From: Octopus sinensis
Taxonomy: Eukaryota
Direction: 5' to 3'
Assembly: GCF_006345805.1 (NCBI RefSeq)
Contig: NC_043016.1
Coordinates: 21,204,001 to 21,268,000, forward strand
Length of the DNA: 64,000 bases
Numbering within the stretch: position 1 is the stretch's first letter; each line of letters opens with the position of its first letter. A program made the position numbers and the translations under genes. Positions 1-13,939 of the stretch are shown here, in pieces. The notes under the pieces were generated by a model. The model did not search any database and had not been told where the DNA came from. It saw only the letters and a list, made by a program, of their open reading frames with translations.

Positions 1-354
1 TGAAAAAATTTAAGCTGTAATGGTTGTAATAAGTACTGATAGCACTATTCGTGGTAAGACAATAAACAGAATTTCTAACAACAAAAAGAAATTTAAAGAA
101 TTTAGGCTTTGGTAAGCAACAACTTTGGTATGTAAAAGAGAGATAAGATAGGTGGAAAACAGGATTATAAAATTATTATATGACCAATATAACAAACTAT
201 CATGAGGTTGTACTCAAATGAGATATGATAGTAATATTAGAATGTGTTAGTGAATTAGAAATAAGATCTAGAAAAAATAGATATAATTCAAAATTAAAAA
301 GGAGAAATAAGTTATTCTAGTTGAGATGCTTTATATATAATACTTTAATATCTT

Positions 355-670
355 TCATCTTTTACTTGTTTCAGTCATTAGATTGTGGTCATGCTGGGGC
401 ACCACTTGAAGAATTTTAGTTGAGACCCCTGTACTTATTGTTATTTTAAGTCTGGTACTTATCCTATCAGCCTCTTTCGCTGAACTAAGTTACGGGGACA
501 TAGACACAAAGACACACACGACAGGCTTTTTTCAGTTTCTATCTACCAAATTCACTTACATAGCTTTGGTCAGCCTGAGGCTATAGTAGAAGACACTTGC
601 CTCAGGTGTTACACAGTGGGACTGAACCTGGAACCAGGTGGCTGGGAAGTAAACTTCTTACCACACAACC
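355..670 (-). mobile_element. SINE family 2 copy
   Basis: Reverse-complement similarity to 38318-38718. Confidence 0.8.
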
Positions 671-737
671 AATATGAATATCATATAAATTTTTTTGATA
701 AAAAAAAGTAAAAAAGGATAATCCAGTTTTTACATAC

Positions 738-890
738 CTTATTGAGGTAAGATATTTCAAAACCTATTGATTCAGCATTTCTCGACCCAGTATTCATATA
801 ATTGCCAATACTTAATATCAATGTCATTATACTGGAAAACTTTGCACTGCTTCTAACTTGGTCAAATGCTTGTGTTGTGGCTACAATACT
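738..890 (-). CDS. DIAPH: Dia exon (FH2 post): [51 protein letters not shown]
   Basis: CAG/GTATGT boundaries; 153 nt, phase 0-0; GNYMN motif. Confidence 0.95.
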
Positions 891-3595
891 CTGATGGAAG
901 ACATCAATACAAATAATTAATTACAAAAACAATTATGTGCAATAAAATGGAAATATACGAACTTTGGATGACTCATGTGGAAGAAGAGTGATTTAAAAAA
1001 AATTACATAACTAAAAGGAAATATTTAGTTTCATTGCATTCAACCTTCCTAATGCCAATGGTATGATAAAAAGCGGCGAGCTGGCAGAAACGCTAGCACG
1101 CCGGACGAAATGCTTAGCGGTATTTTGTCTGCCGTTACATTCTGAGTTCAAATTCCACCGAGGTCGACTTTGCCTTTCATCCTTTCGGGGTCGATAAATT
1201 AAGTACCAGTTACGCACTGGGGTCGATATAATCGACTTAATCTGTTTGTCTGTCCTTGTTTATCCTCTCTATGTTTAGGCCCTTGTGGGTAGTAAAGAAA
1301 TAGGTATGATAAAATGCATCAAAATGATACTGTTAAATGGTTGGTAGTAGAAAGGCATTCAACCATAAAGGTATACCAAATGAAAACATAAAAAACAGAT
1401 ACATGTGGTTTCTTTGGTTGAAGGTCTGCAATAAGTGGCAAGATGATATGGCATCCATTCAAACCATGCAAGCAAGGAGAAATGAACATAGAATAATGAG
1501 GATGATATACATAGGTAGAAGTGTGTTTGATTTTTACAAATGGAATAAATAAAAGTACTATACAAAAGTACTATGAAGCAGAAAACTGATAACAGAGTAG
1601 CTACTGAAGTATTTGAGTAACTAAGCCGTGTTTAAGATTTCTTCTTTAAAGATAAAATATAATTGTTTGATTGTTTCAGATCTATTTTTCCATAGTAACA
1701 TGGGTTAGATGGGATGTATTTCATGCAAGATTTTATAGCTGGATACCCTTCCTGTTGCTAATTTACATCCGCTTAACAACTGAAGTAACTTTTATTCTAC
1801 AAGTCTTTGAGCAGCCATTTGTCAGTAAGGAATATAAATGTCATATTACCATTAACACAAGCAAAGCTGTGAGAAGTCAATATTCCACACATTTTGTTTT
1901 GCAAATGAGAGAAAGAGTACTTAATACATGTTGTATTCTGTGTGTGTATGTGCGTGCGTACGTACGTACATACATACATACATATATGTATTAGATAATG
2001 AATCTATGGTTTATACCTGGTAGCTCACTAGTAAAGCATGTTCACTTTCACAGCGTTTGTTGTGTATTTGGTTAATGAGACAGAAGATATGAGAACTGTT
2101 CTTAATTACTACAATTGTTTTGACCCACCTAGCATTGATCCCTCATGGGTGAAATACTTAACAACTGGTTCAGGAGCATCCAATGGTGTAGATGTGTTTC
2201 TTCATGTGATAAATAGATATAACTTATTGAAATAACAGTTTTGCAATGTATCTTCTCAGTTCGTATAAAGAAAAGCAGCAAATTAAAAGGATATAACTTC
2301 ATTTGTGTAGAAGATAAATAACAGATGCAACAAATAAATGAACACACAATACAGCGAAAAATGAATTAAATATAACAGTTAATAGATATGGATATATAAA
2401 TGCCCTCATGTAGGTTGTATGGCACATGTACACTTGCTCATACAGACATCCACAAAGACATAAGCATATGCACATGTGTGGCTTGGCACACATGTTCACA
2501 TAGCAAATTAAATAGCTACTTGGAGTTTATAGGAATGGGGAGGTTAGAGCTAAATTCAATTCATCCATACCTTAAGGTCTATAATGATTATTAATTACAT
2601 TAGCAGTTACACAAATTCATTCCCACTGCATTCAGTGAAAGTACATTTATATGCATGTAAGTATCTTGAGAGTCTTTCAGAAATTCTATTAATGATCTTC
2701 TCATTAGTTCACAGAATAGACAGGGCTTCCTCAGAGCAGAGACGGCATCTCCAGGAAATGATATCATATGGTTTTGTGTACCTTACTATGGACCAAGTTA
2801 GGGGGAATTACAACCGTGTTTCGTGGTCTGCTACCACAACAGCTCCTTTATAGGATCCAGTTAGCTCAAGACAATTTTATCTTCAACCGTCCACCTTCAA
2901 TAATACAGGGATTAGTTAAGGATATTTCAACAAGAATATCTAGATTATCTGCTAATAAAAAAATTTTGGAATCACATGCGCCATATTATAATAGTGTTTT
3001 AGCTTGGGCTGGATATTGTGAGAAAATTTGATACATACATGACACAAGCATACATAACTCTGCCAATTCCTCCAATAATAATACACATTGCACACAAACA
3101 CAACATTATGGTAAGCAAAATGACTCAGATCGAGAATACAGGCCAAGAAGAATTGGTCAAGGCAATAAACTACACAATAATTCTACTATTCATAACACAA
3201 TAAATTGTCCCAATCCTGTGATTAGCATAGCAGTTTTTGAATTTGCCTTCACATAGTCTGATATAGCTCTTCTTATCAGTTGTTTTATCATCTAGTGTGG
3301 CTGTAACTGCTGCCTCATATATGAAGGAATTAATCATACATCCCTGGTTGAGTGGACAGGTTTCTGGGTCTTGACAGTTACAACTGGGGGTGAGCTCTTA
3401 GTGTTGTTCTCATGTAATGATGCTTTTCATATTGGGGCAGCAGCTATATGATAATTTCACTGAGCACCTGTTAAACATTTTGCTCTACCTGTGATTTTCT
3501 GAAAAACATTGGTCTAGGAGAGACAGGAATCTTTTTACCTATGTTAGCTTTTATATTAAGGGAAAGAGGGGGGGACTAAATTATTTTCCTAGGTC

Positions 3596-3635
<40 letters not shown>

Positions 3636-6609
3636 ATTAGAGGGGTTATATATAAACAGTCTTGTCACTCTATTGTAGTATTCAAAAACCTGATAGCTAA
3701 CGTTATCAACAGAGTTTCTAACCTCTTTTCCTTTAAAGGAATTTTTGAGAAGGCAGCCCCCTATTACAACAATGCCCTAGCCAATAGTGGTTTTAAGGAT
3801 AAATTAATATATATATATTAAGAAATGACTAGTTGAGAGATAGACCTATTTTGAATTCTTTTGCAATTCTGTTCATTAGTTTGCCTAACAAATACAGCAG
3901 TTGAGAAAAAGGCCTATTATTGTTATTCTCCTCAATTGTTTTTTTTATTCTGTCCATTACTTTGCCAGTAACTATTACTCTTGAGCTAGATGTGCAACTA
4001 TTGTTTTGTTCAGGAGACCAGGTGAAAGGTAAGGTTAGATGCAGAGGCCCAGATCTGAGAGGGTTGAGGGTATTTGTAATTATAGTTGTTCATTAAAACT
4101 AATTAGTGGAAATATAATCACTCACAGGCTTGATGTCATTAATGATTTCTTCATACTTCACTCGAAATAATAGTGATGATACTCTTTGATTTACAGATTT
4201 GATATCTGATATCTGAAAAAAAATTAGAAATATAACTTATTAATCTTAGTAAATTTATTTTATTGTATACAAACATTAAAAACAGAGTGTATACTGAACA
4301 GAATGAATAAATACATTAACAATATAAAGGCATCCACAGTAATGATAGAGATAATTTTCAGTATAGTGTAACAGCTCTGATAAGAAAAAAATGTTAATAT
4401 GTTCAGTTTGTCATCCCACCTATGTCTACATAGCTTCCACACAATACAGTAGGTGGACAGAACCACACACACATTGTATCATTATAATTCAAACACTATT
4501 ATTTAGAGAAAATATTTAACAGATTTAACAACATATGCTGATATTACATATAAATTACAGGCGATGTTATAATATAAAAAGATGAAAGACAAAGAATTAA
4601 AGGTTTCCAAAAAGTGAAAAGTTATGAAAGAAAAATTGGCAACAAGAGACCAGTCAATATGGATGTGTCAGGTCCTCAAGTGAATGTCTATCAGTTGAAT
4701 ATAATTAAGGTGCTAGTGAAAGAATTCTGTTTTAAGTGTCAACAGTTGCTTAGTACTTACAGATATAGTGATTCTAAAGACTTGATGCAGTATTTACAAC
4801 TTAAAAAATTATATGAAACTTTCTAGAAGTAATGGGTGAAATAATACATTCTTTTGTTTATTTTTTTTAGTATTTTGATTTTAGTAAGTCTTACTTAGGT
4901 TTTGTATCTGGTTTGCAAATGTGTTGGAACAAATTTTGTTACGTCAAGGGAGTCATCATGCCAATATTATTAACACACACACTTATTCAATTCCACTCCT
5001 TTATTATTAGTCAATTGAAAAGTCATTGAAAAGGTTGCAAGTAGCAATGAGTTTTGACAAACAAAAACAAAACAAATGACTTACTGTCAAACCAAATTAA
5101 ACAAACAATTGATTAGTTAGTAGGAGATTGAACCAATTGACAAATAATAAGCAAGTGGAAGTGAACCAGTGTATGTGTTAATAATATTGGTATAATGATT
5201 CTCCCCAGACACAACAAAGTCTTACTAAGTTATACCAATATCATAAAGTATCGCACAAAGGAAACGTGGGGAATATTAACAACTGCTAATGCTAAATATC
5301 TGCAGAAAATACAGTGAATTTAAAACCCTATATAAAAGGGAAATATTGAGTGTTCAGTGTTAGTTATAAATAATGATAGTAAAGAAATTCTGGAAATTAG
5401 ATGAAAAAGTAAAACTATTAAAAATAAAGAAATAAAACAAATATAATTACAGCAAACAAAAGTAAAATAAATGACAACAATCATTATGAAAATGCACGAA
5501 ATGCATTAGTAAAATAAAACAAAAAAAAAAACAAAGTGAATGCAACTTACCACAACCATAAATTGTTCTGATTCAGCTAGTTCATCATAGTTATCTTTCA
5601 TGGTACCCAGTTGATTTATAGCATCTTGTGGTGGTAGATAATTCAGAAGTTGTTCAAGTATATGTTGAGAAAGATTATCGAGGTCAACCTCTAGTATGCA
5701 CCTCTTGATTTCTTCATAAGGTAGTTTCACAGAACCTAATAATATAGCTGCAAAAGAAATTAAAATTTCAGTAACAAATGTAATTCCCTAAAAAAAAAGA
5801 ATGGTTATTCAAACATGGGGAAACTTACAAAGGTATTTTTCAAGTAATGTCTATAACTTTTTTTTTTCCTGCTTCTACTTTCTTCAATATATTTTGATCA
5901 GAGACATATATAACATTTTCTGGCTTTTTCTCTTGGTGAGAAATTTGAAAAATAAAACCAGAAATATTCATTAAAAATGCATACAAGTACACACACTATA
6001 TGCAGGAAGGATATATCAAAAGCACACTTGAACCAGAGAGTATACACATCTTTAAAAATAAAGAATACTGGTGGAACATTCTAATAAAAATAGTGATGTG
6101 GAGTAAGCACAACATACTAAATATGGTTGCATGGGACAAGAAACAAGAGTCGTGCATCATTGTAGAGATCAGATACTGGTCAGATATGATGTCATGTAAA
6201 AGTTATTGGGAAAAGAACTTCTATGGAGAATAAATGAGAAACTTCTAGCTCTTTTATCTAAACTATAGATATTTATCTGTTCCTATAATGATAGGTGCAC
6301 TGGAGTACATAAACACATCACAAAATGCTGGAAATGCAGGTATTCTCAAAAACAAAAAAGAAAAAAAAATCAGAGCAAACAGATTTGCATTCTCTAAATA
6401 TAACTGATCAGAGGTAAATATAATGTTTCATATCTTCACAAATTTACACTAGTAAATTTAAAAGTGAAGTATGAAGATACAACATTGGAAATCCTTTGAA
6501 ATTACTCTAATTAAAAGACGAAGTCACATTAAAACCCTTTTAAAAATATATATGTGCGTATGAGTGTGTGTGTATATATCTATATATAAATATATGTGTG
6601 TATGCATGC

Positions 6610-6655
<46 letters not shown>

Positions 6656-9600
6656 GCGTGTGTGTGTGTATATATATTTATGTGTGTGTGTGTGTATACA
6701 TATATATGTATAGTTACTCCAAATATGAACAAAGAGAAAACACAACAACGAGAGGATGTGGAACAAGTATAGTGTCATTAGATGCTCAGGAAAGGAAAGA
6801 AAGGAGGATTAAATGTTTCAAGCGGAGGGAATCATTACTATGAAGCATTGTATAAAGGATGGTGGGTAAGGCCAGAACAATGCAAAGTAAATGCAAGGTA
6901 AATCACAAGAAAACAAATATATGAATTAATGCAGACTTACCTTGTATTCAATATTTCAGAGTTATGAGCGCATTTTCAAAAAATTGACAATTGTTGCCAG
7001 TGTGCACTTCGGCGACAATCTCAATCTCTTGAAAATGGGGTCATAACCCCGAAATATTGAACACAAGGTAAGTCTACATTAATTCACATATTTGCTTTTT
7101 TGTGATTTACCTTGCATTTACTTCACATTGTTCTGGCCTTACCCATGGTCCTTTATACAATATGTGTGTGTGCGTGTAGCCATTACACATCCTTTATTTT
7201 CTCTCCTTGTTTCTTTCTGTGTTCCTTTCTGTGGAAGAGCGTAGACTCAAAACGTTAAAGACTTTTTTACTTCCCAAGTGTTATACTAATACATCTGTTT
7301 GTTGTCTACCCCATGTGCCTTCGTCTTTTGTTTCTTTCTATCAAATGTGTTAAAAGTTTACACATATCATTTTTAAACATCTATAACCTGTTGCATTGTT
7401 CCAAAATTTGACTTCTGTCAGACAATTAGTTACATGAAACTTGGAATAATAATCTTCTGCCTCCACAAATGCCTCAAAATATGCAAAAATATTGTAAAAA
7501 TTGTAATTTATCAAATTCAGAAAAATTTTCATGTAGATGTAAATTACAGTTCGCCCCCACTCCCTCCTTGTGGAGGCAGAAGATGAAGTCAAAGAAAAAA
7601 ATATGTTTAAGACATATTTTAGAGTAATTTCATCACAGTCATTTAAAAGCTACCCAAAGAAGATGCAATGAAAACTGTATTTTATAGTTAATAAAAACAT
7701 AGAGGTGTTTTTTTTTCCATTCTCTCCATTTTCCAATGCATATGTGGAGACAGAAGATATTACTACATAGTTCTATGATTTTACACCAGTTATTTTGATG
7801 TCCATTCACAACTTTTCTGCACTACCCCCATCACAAAATTTTAAAAAAACCGCTCCACCCTACTGTATATGTCTGGTTTAACAAGTGTTACAACTAGTAG
7901 ATTGACAGGTATTTTGTTTAGTAACTAAATAGTTGATGGTCCATAATTTCATCACTTGTAAAATGCAAAATAACTGACATAACTTTCTGGTCCAGATCAT
8001 TGAGTTTACTAGATTCCATAGGGAAGTATTACTCATTGCTGTAAATAAGAAAAACTCTTTAATTGGAGAAAAATTTGTCATACTTAAATGACAAATACAA
8101 ATCTTCTCATGTATGTGCCACAGATGATCCTGGAACCTGAAGAACCTTGAACAAGAATTCAATGTCCTAATTACAACATCAAAAGACTAAATCATATTGT
8201 AAAGACAGGAGGAAAAAAATACTAAAACTTGTGTTATTTCCTAAACAAGACAGAGAAAGAAACATGAATTTGTAAGGCAATAAAATATATTTTCTTACAT
8301 AAATTTTGTGCTGATTTTAAATCCAAAACTTTTAATTCTTTTGTTTTCTTCATTGGTTTTTCTTTAACAGCTGCTTTCTCTGCAATTTCAGAAACGTTTA
8401 GATAGAAATTAGAGTGTTGAAAAAAGTAGTTACATATAGAACAAGGTAATGACATTTTAGAAAATGATGATGATAATGAAAATTTCACTGTAAACTAAAA
8501 GGGTAATTTAAGAGTAAGTGTCTCTGAAAGTGCATATTTAGAAACAGCATTGTCATTTAACCCATATCATTTTATAAAACAATGCTTAAATTTGTAATAA
8601 TATGATCTTGAACACATGTTATTTAAATACAAATGGTATTGCTGCTTAAGAAACAATAAAAATGTGATTTAATGAAGTAGAGACAATAAGAATTTACCGC
8701 CCTGGCAATCATAGAAATGAATGATGTTTAAGAAACTGAAACGGCTAAGATGAAAGTAAACTTAAAGATTTGCTAATTGATCTAGCCTTCAGCAAACCAT
8801 TATTTATACAAGTCAAATTAATTCATTGAAGCCACTACAATTAAGAACTATAAATATCTATAAGCTTTATATCGCCTCATGGGTACATGTGGTGGGGGAG
8901 GGGAAGTATGACTTCAAAAGAGAACCAAACAAAAATCAAAACCAGGATTAATCAATCCTTATTTTTCTGTCCATGGAAGCGATAACAAGTATATTTTTTT
9001 CGTCTTTTACTTGTTTCAGTCATTAGACTGTGGCCACACTGTGATACAACCTTGAAGAATTTTAGTCAAATGAAGTGACCCCCAGTACTTACTAATATTG
9101 TTAAGCCTGGTACTTATTCTATTGGTCAGTTTTGGTGAACTGTTATGTTATGGATATATAAACACCTGTTGCTAAGCAGTGGAAAAGGGTAAACATGGAT
9201 GCAAAGACACACACATACATATATATGAAGGGCTTCATTCAGTTTCCATCTACCAAATCCATTCATAAAGAATTGGTTGGCCTGAGGCTATCGTAGAATA
9301 CATTAGCCCAAGGTGCCATGCTGTGGGACCAAACCTGGGACCATGTGGTTGGGAAGCAAACTTCTTACCACACATATCCATATTTTGCAAAAGTTATGCA
9401 GCATCACTTAAAAGATTTTTAACTTTAAATACACATCTAAAATTATCTATATATGCTGCTTAATCCAATAACGCATAATTGATTGAACTAGCAGCTAGTA
9501 AAACATTATGCAAATCAGTTTGCTTTACTGAAGCAACATTTAAAGGATGAAAATAGCTCTCTGCTCTCTCTCTCCACACACACACACATTATACTGTCAG

Positions 9601-9803
9601 GAGGCTATGTGACTTTTGAGGTTAAAGTCAACAATGCTCAAAATTAGGCCAAGTTGAGACACATTTTTCTGCCTTCAGAAATGTTAACAGATTCTCAAAA
9701 CTTCAGTGTTACTTAAATACTAAGAGAATATTCTAGTTTGCCTGAAGCAGTGTGTATCGTTTGTAAACAATAATAATAGTAATAATGCATACATACATAC
9801 GTG

Positions 9804-9855
<52 letters not shown>

Positions 9856-10747
9856 TATAATTAAATAATTGTGATATCCAAGTATGAAAGTGGAATTAGA
9901 TAAGGATTAGGAGTTAAAATGTAGATTTTTAAGATTATTGGGATTACCTAAGGGGTATTATGGAAATGCACTGTTTGGTCGTTTAGGCATCTGGATTTGT
10001 GGTAGAATTTGATTGTGTGAAAAAAACGGTCGTTGCATGTGCTTAGTGCCATATTATGTTTATTTAGCAGTGTTGGAGAGTTGTGCTCATATATGTGAAG
10101 CACCTCCTTCAGGCAAAGCTTGCAGGTTGAACGCTGACCTCGGTAGGGAAGCCCTGAATCAAGTATGGACCATGATAAAGTATAGGGTATATTTGTATTA
10201 TTGAGATGATGTTTGTGGGTGGCAAGTGTTGTAGATTTACTATGTTTATTGTATCTAAAAGAATGGAGGTAAACGGCATATTGTTGCTTAAAATTTTTGG
10301 TTGATCCCCACTTTTCTTTTTCTCTCTCTTTTTTTTTCCTCTCTTCCTGTTTTTTTTATTTGACTTTACAAACACATTTCTAACTTTTAAGTCACTTCAA
10401 AAAAAAACCCTCAATCCAATAACACTGTGTACAAACTCTATGCTTGGAATGACTAATTTTAAATACTATTGGAACTTACACACAAGGCACAGGAAACTTA
10501 TATGTATACCATTCTGCTTAAATAATGGAACTGCAGATACAATGTCCCTGCATATCTCACGTCTGTTTTCATTCCTCCACTTCACTCTCTATTTCATATC
10601 TTCTCTAGAATAACTATTGCTTATCCATTTTCTCGCACCGTTTCCGATGAAGGGATATATAAAATATCTCAGAAACAACTGTAAGACCTTCTATTTATAA
10701 ATGTTCTGAAATCTTTCACAGCCTTGGATTTTTATTTCATTCTGTTA

Positions 10748-10781
<34 letters not shown>

Positions 10782-11313
10782 ATATATAAGTTCAGTAAAA
10801 TTTAGATTCAGATGAATATGGTACTTAAGTTGAAGGCACCAGATTTTAGTATGGTATTATCCATATAATTTAAAATAAGGTGATTACAATCAAAATAAGC
10901 AACAAGGATATCCAGAGGTAATGCAGTACGATCGTTTCATGCGACTCCATTCAATTGAACAATGAAAACATTACATCAATTTAAAATGTAGAGCAATCTT
11001 CAGCTGCATAAAAATATAGGATTTAGTTAAATTCGAAGGACTCATTTGTATAATTTTTTATCCCAAATCACCAAGAGTATAACAAGATAGACAAATAACA
11101 TGTTTTACCGATCCTCTTGGTGATTTTGGATAAAAAATTATACAAATGAGTCCTTCGAATTTAACAAAATCTATATTTTTATGAAGCTGAAGATTGCTCT
11201 ACATTTTAAATTGATATAATGTTTACATTGTTCAATTAAATGGAGTCGCATGAAATGGTCGTACTGCATTACCTCTGGATATCCTTGTTACTTATTTTGA
11301 TTTCATATATATA

Positions 11314-11379
<66 letters not shown>

Positions 11380-12226
11380 TAGATAAATAGATAGATAATG
11401 TGTGTGTATATAGGGAGACATATGTACATACACCACATGTATATATTGGATAATAAAACGAATGGTTTACAGCTGATAGCTCACTGGTAAAGCAGGATAA
11501 CTTTCACAGTGATTGTTATATATATGGTAATGAAAGACACAAGATGGAATATATAAGAATTTATTATTAATCACGACAATTGTTTCAACAGATCTAGCAT
11601 CGATCCCTCATGGAAACTTAACAGCTGTTTCAGGAGCATCCGACAGTGCAGATGTGTCTTATTGAGTGATAAAAAGACAACTTGTTAAAATAACAGTTCC
11701 GCAATGTATCTTCTCATTTCATAGAAAGAAAAGCAGCATAACAAAGGAAATAGAAGATCAAAAATAAAATCATAGCTGCAAAAAAGAAATGAACACGCAA
11801 TACAGCGAGAAAAGTATTAAAAATAACCATTAAAAAATATGGATGTAGAAACACTCCTGTGCAAGCTGCATGGTACATGTACACTCTCTCTTACAAGCAT
11901 CTGTGAAAATATAAGCATATGCGCACGTGTGGATTCATGCACTCATGATTACAAAGTGAGTTAAATAGCTACTTGGTGTTTATAAGAATGGGGAGGTTAA
12001 AACTAAACCTAATTCATCTATACTTTAAAGTAAATTATGTTAACAGTTACTTAAAATTCATTCCCACTGCATTGTGTGAAAGTACATTCAGAAATTCTAT
12101 TAATGATCTTCTCATTAAGGAATGATCTCATTAGACTTGATGTGTCAAAACAATTGTCATGATCAATAATAAATTCTCATATATTTCGTCTTGTCTTTCA
12201 TATATCATTTACTATATATAAATATA

Positions 12227-12283
<57 letters not shown>

Positions 12284-13908
12284 ATATATATATAAATAGA
12301 TGAGTGTATTTTACCTTGTTAACAATTAACACGGAAAATAAATAAATAGTTACCAGGGCAGCAAAAATCTCACAAGTAAGGTGTTGTAACTCCTTGTTTA
12401 TAAAGGTAGAAACTTCGTGTTTACGTTGAATTTTTTGTGTAATAAGATAAAAAACCAAGGCTGTATACATATTAGAGCATTTATAGATAGGTCTTACAGC
12501 TGTTTCTAGGATATTAATTAATAATATCCCTTCATTGGAGACGGTGTGAGAGGAAAAATTAAGTCATAGTTAGTTTCGATGTGATACAAATAGTTTGGGT
12601 GTTTTATCTAATTACACAAAAAATTCTTATATACACACGCTGACATAGAACCAACGTTGAACCCTTTATTCACAATATTACCGAATCTGGAACTTAACTA
12701 TAGTCTGTCTATAGCACTTATTCAGCATTACTTGACACCTTTGGGTCTCAATGACAGCATTATCTCTCTCTATATATATATACCTACATATAAAAGGAGT
12801 TAAACACAGGTGTTATTCAAATTCTTTTTCTTCTGACACGTTTCGAAGATATCACTGGTATTATTCCAAAGGAATAAAATGGTGTAAAACAATGTAATCT
12901 TCTCTTCAGGGAAGGGAAGAAATGAAACTCGTCAATAAGACATTTTAACAGAAAATTATGGATATGTATAGTGATTAACTGAACGCTATTAAGATTGTTT
13001 CAAAAAAACGTTATAGGATATAACATCAGAGGCAGCCTATAGAAAGAGGAGGGATAAAGGAAAGAAAAACTAAATAAATAAGAAGTATATGGCTATATGT
13101 ATATTAAATAAAACCATATAGACTAGGAAAAATATATATCTAGTGAATGTGAAATGTAAGAAGAAAATTAATGTTTAAATTATATATGAACTAAATGTGT
13201 GTTTCTGCCAATGTTTACATTAGTATGCACACTCTATAACAAGGGGATTTTTAGAAAAAAAGAATTAAAAATAGTTCAGAATTACAGAGAAGACAGAATT
13301 CCTTGCCTTTGTCATAAGGTATCAAGATTGAGAGAATCAACCAATCTAAATTAAATTGTTTATTGTGGTCTTTTAGATCCCAAATTAATTTACTAAGCCC
13401 TGTACTGTTACATTTATTTCTATCTCTAAATGTAGAGTAATGATTAGAAATTTTTTTAGATAAGTGAGAAGATGTGCTTCCTATATAAAAATATACTTCA
13501 TTACGAGTAGTAATTTTACACTGGTATATAGAATTTTTAATTTTAGAGTTACTTGACATTAACTTGATTCTGTTGTAATTGACTTCAGATACAATAACCT
13601 TGTTATCAATATTTCTAGAGGGATGGATGGTATTAGCTAAATTAATGTTAGTATTAGTAAATGTATCAATATTTAATAGGTTGATATTATGTGAAGAGAT
13701 AATTTGTAAGAGATTTTTTGTGTTGGAAAAACCAATCCTAACCATGTGTGAGTTGATAATATAGTAATACCTAGAATTCTCTGAAAAATTCCTAATATTA
13801 GCTTCACGAAACTGCAAAGGAAGATTAGATTTAATTTGCCTTCCATATGGAATAATTAATAATTTTCTGTGTTAATTGTTAACAAAGGAAAAATTCGCAC
13901 ACACACAC

Positions 13909-13939
<31 letters not shown>

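Noticed and set aside
2700-2725. In-frame TGA in a Naiad-type ORF as possible selenocysteine
   Set aside because: The paralogous copy at about 15565 has TGG at this codon, so this is a decay mutation; no SECIS recognised.
6524-6843. ORFs rich in IY/CV/HT dipeptides here and at several other loci
   Set aside because: Translations of (TA)n and (CA)n microsatellites.
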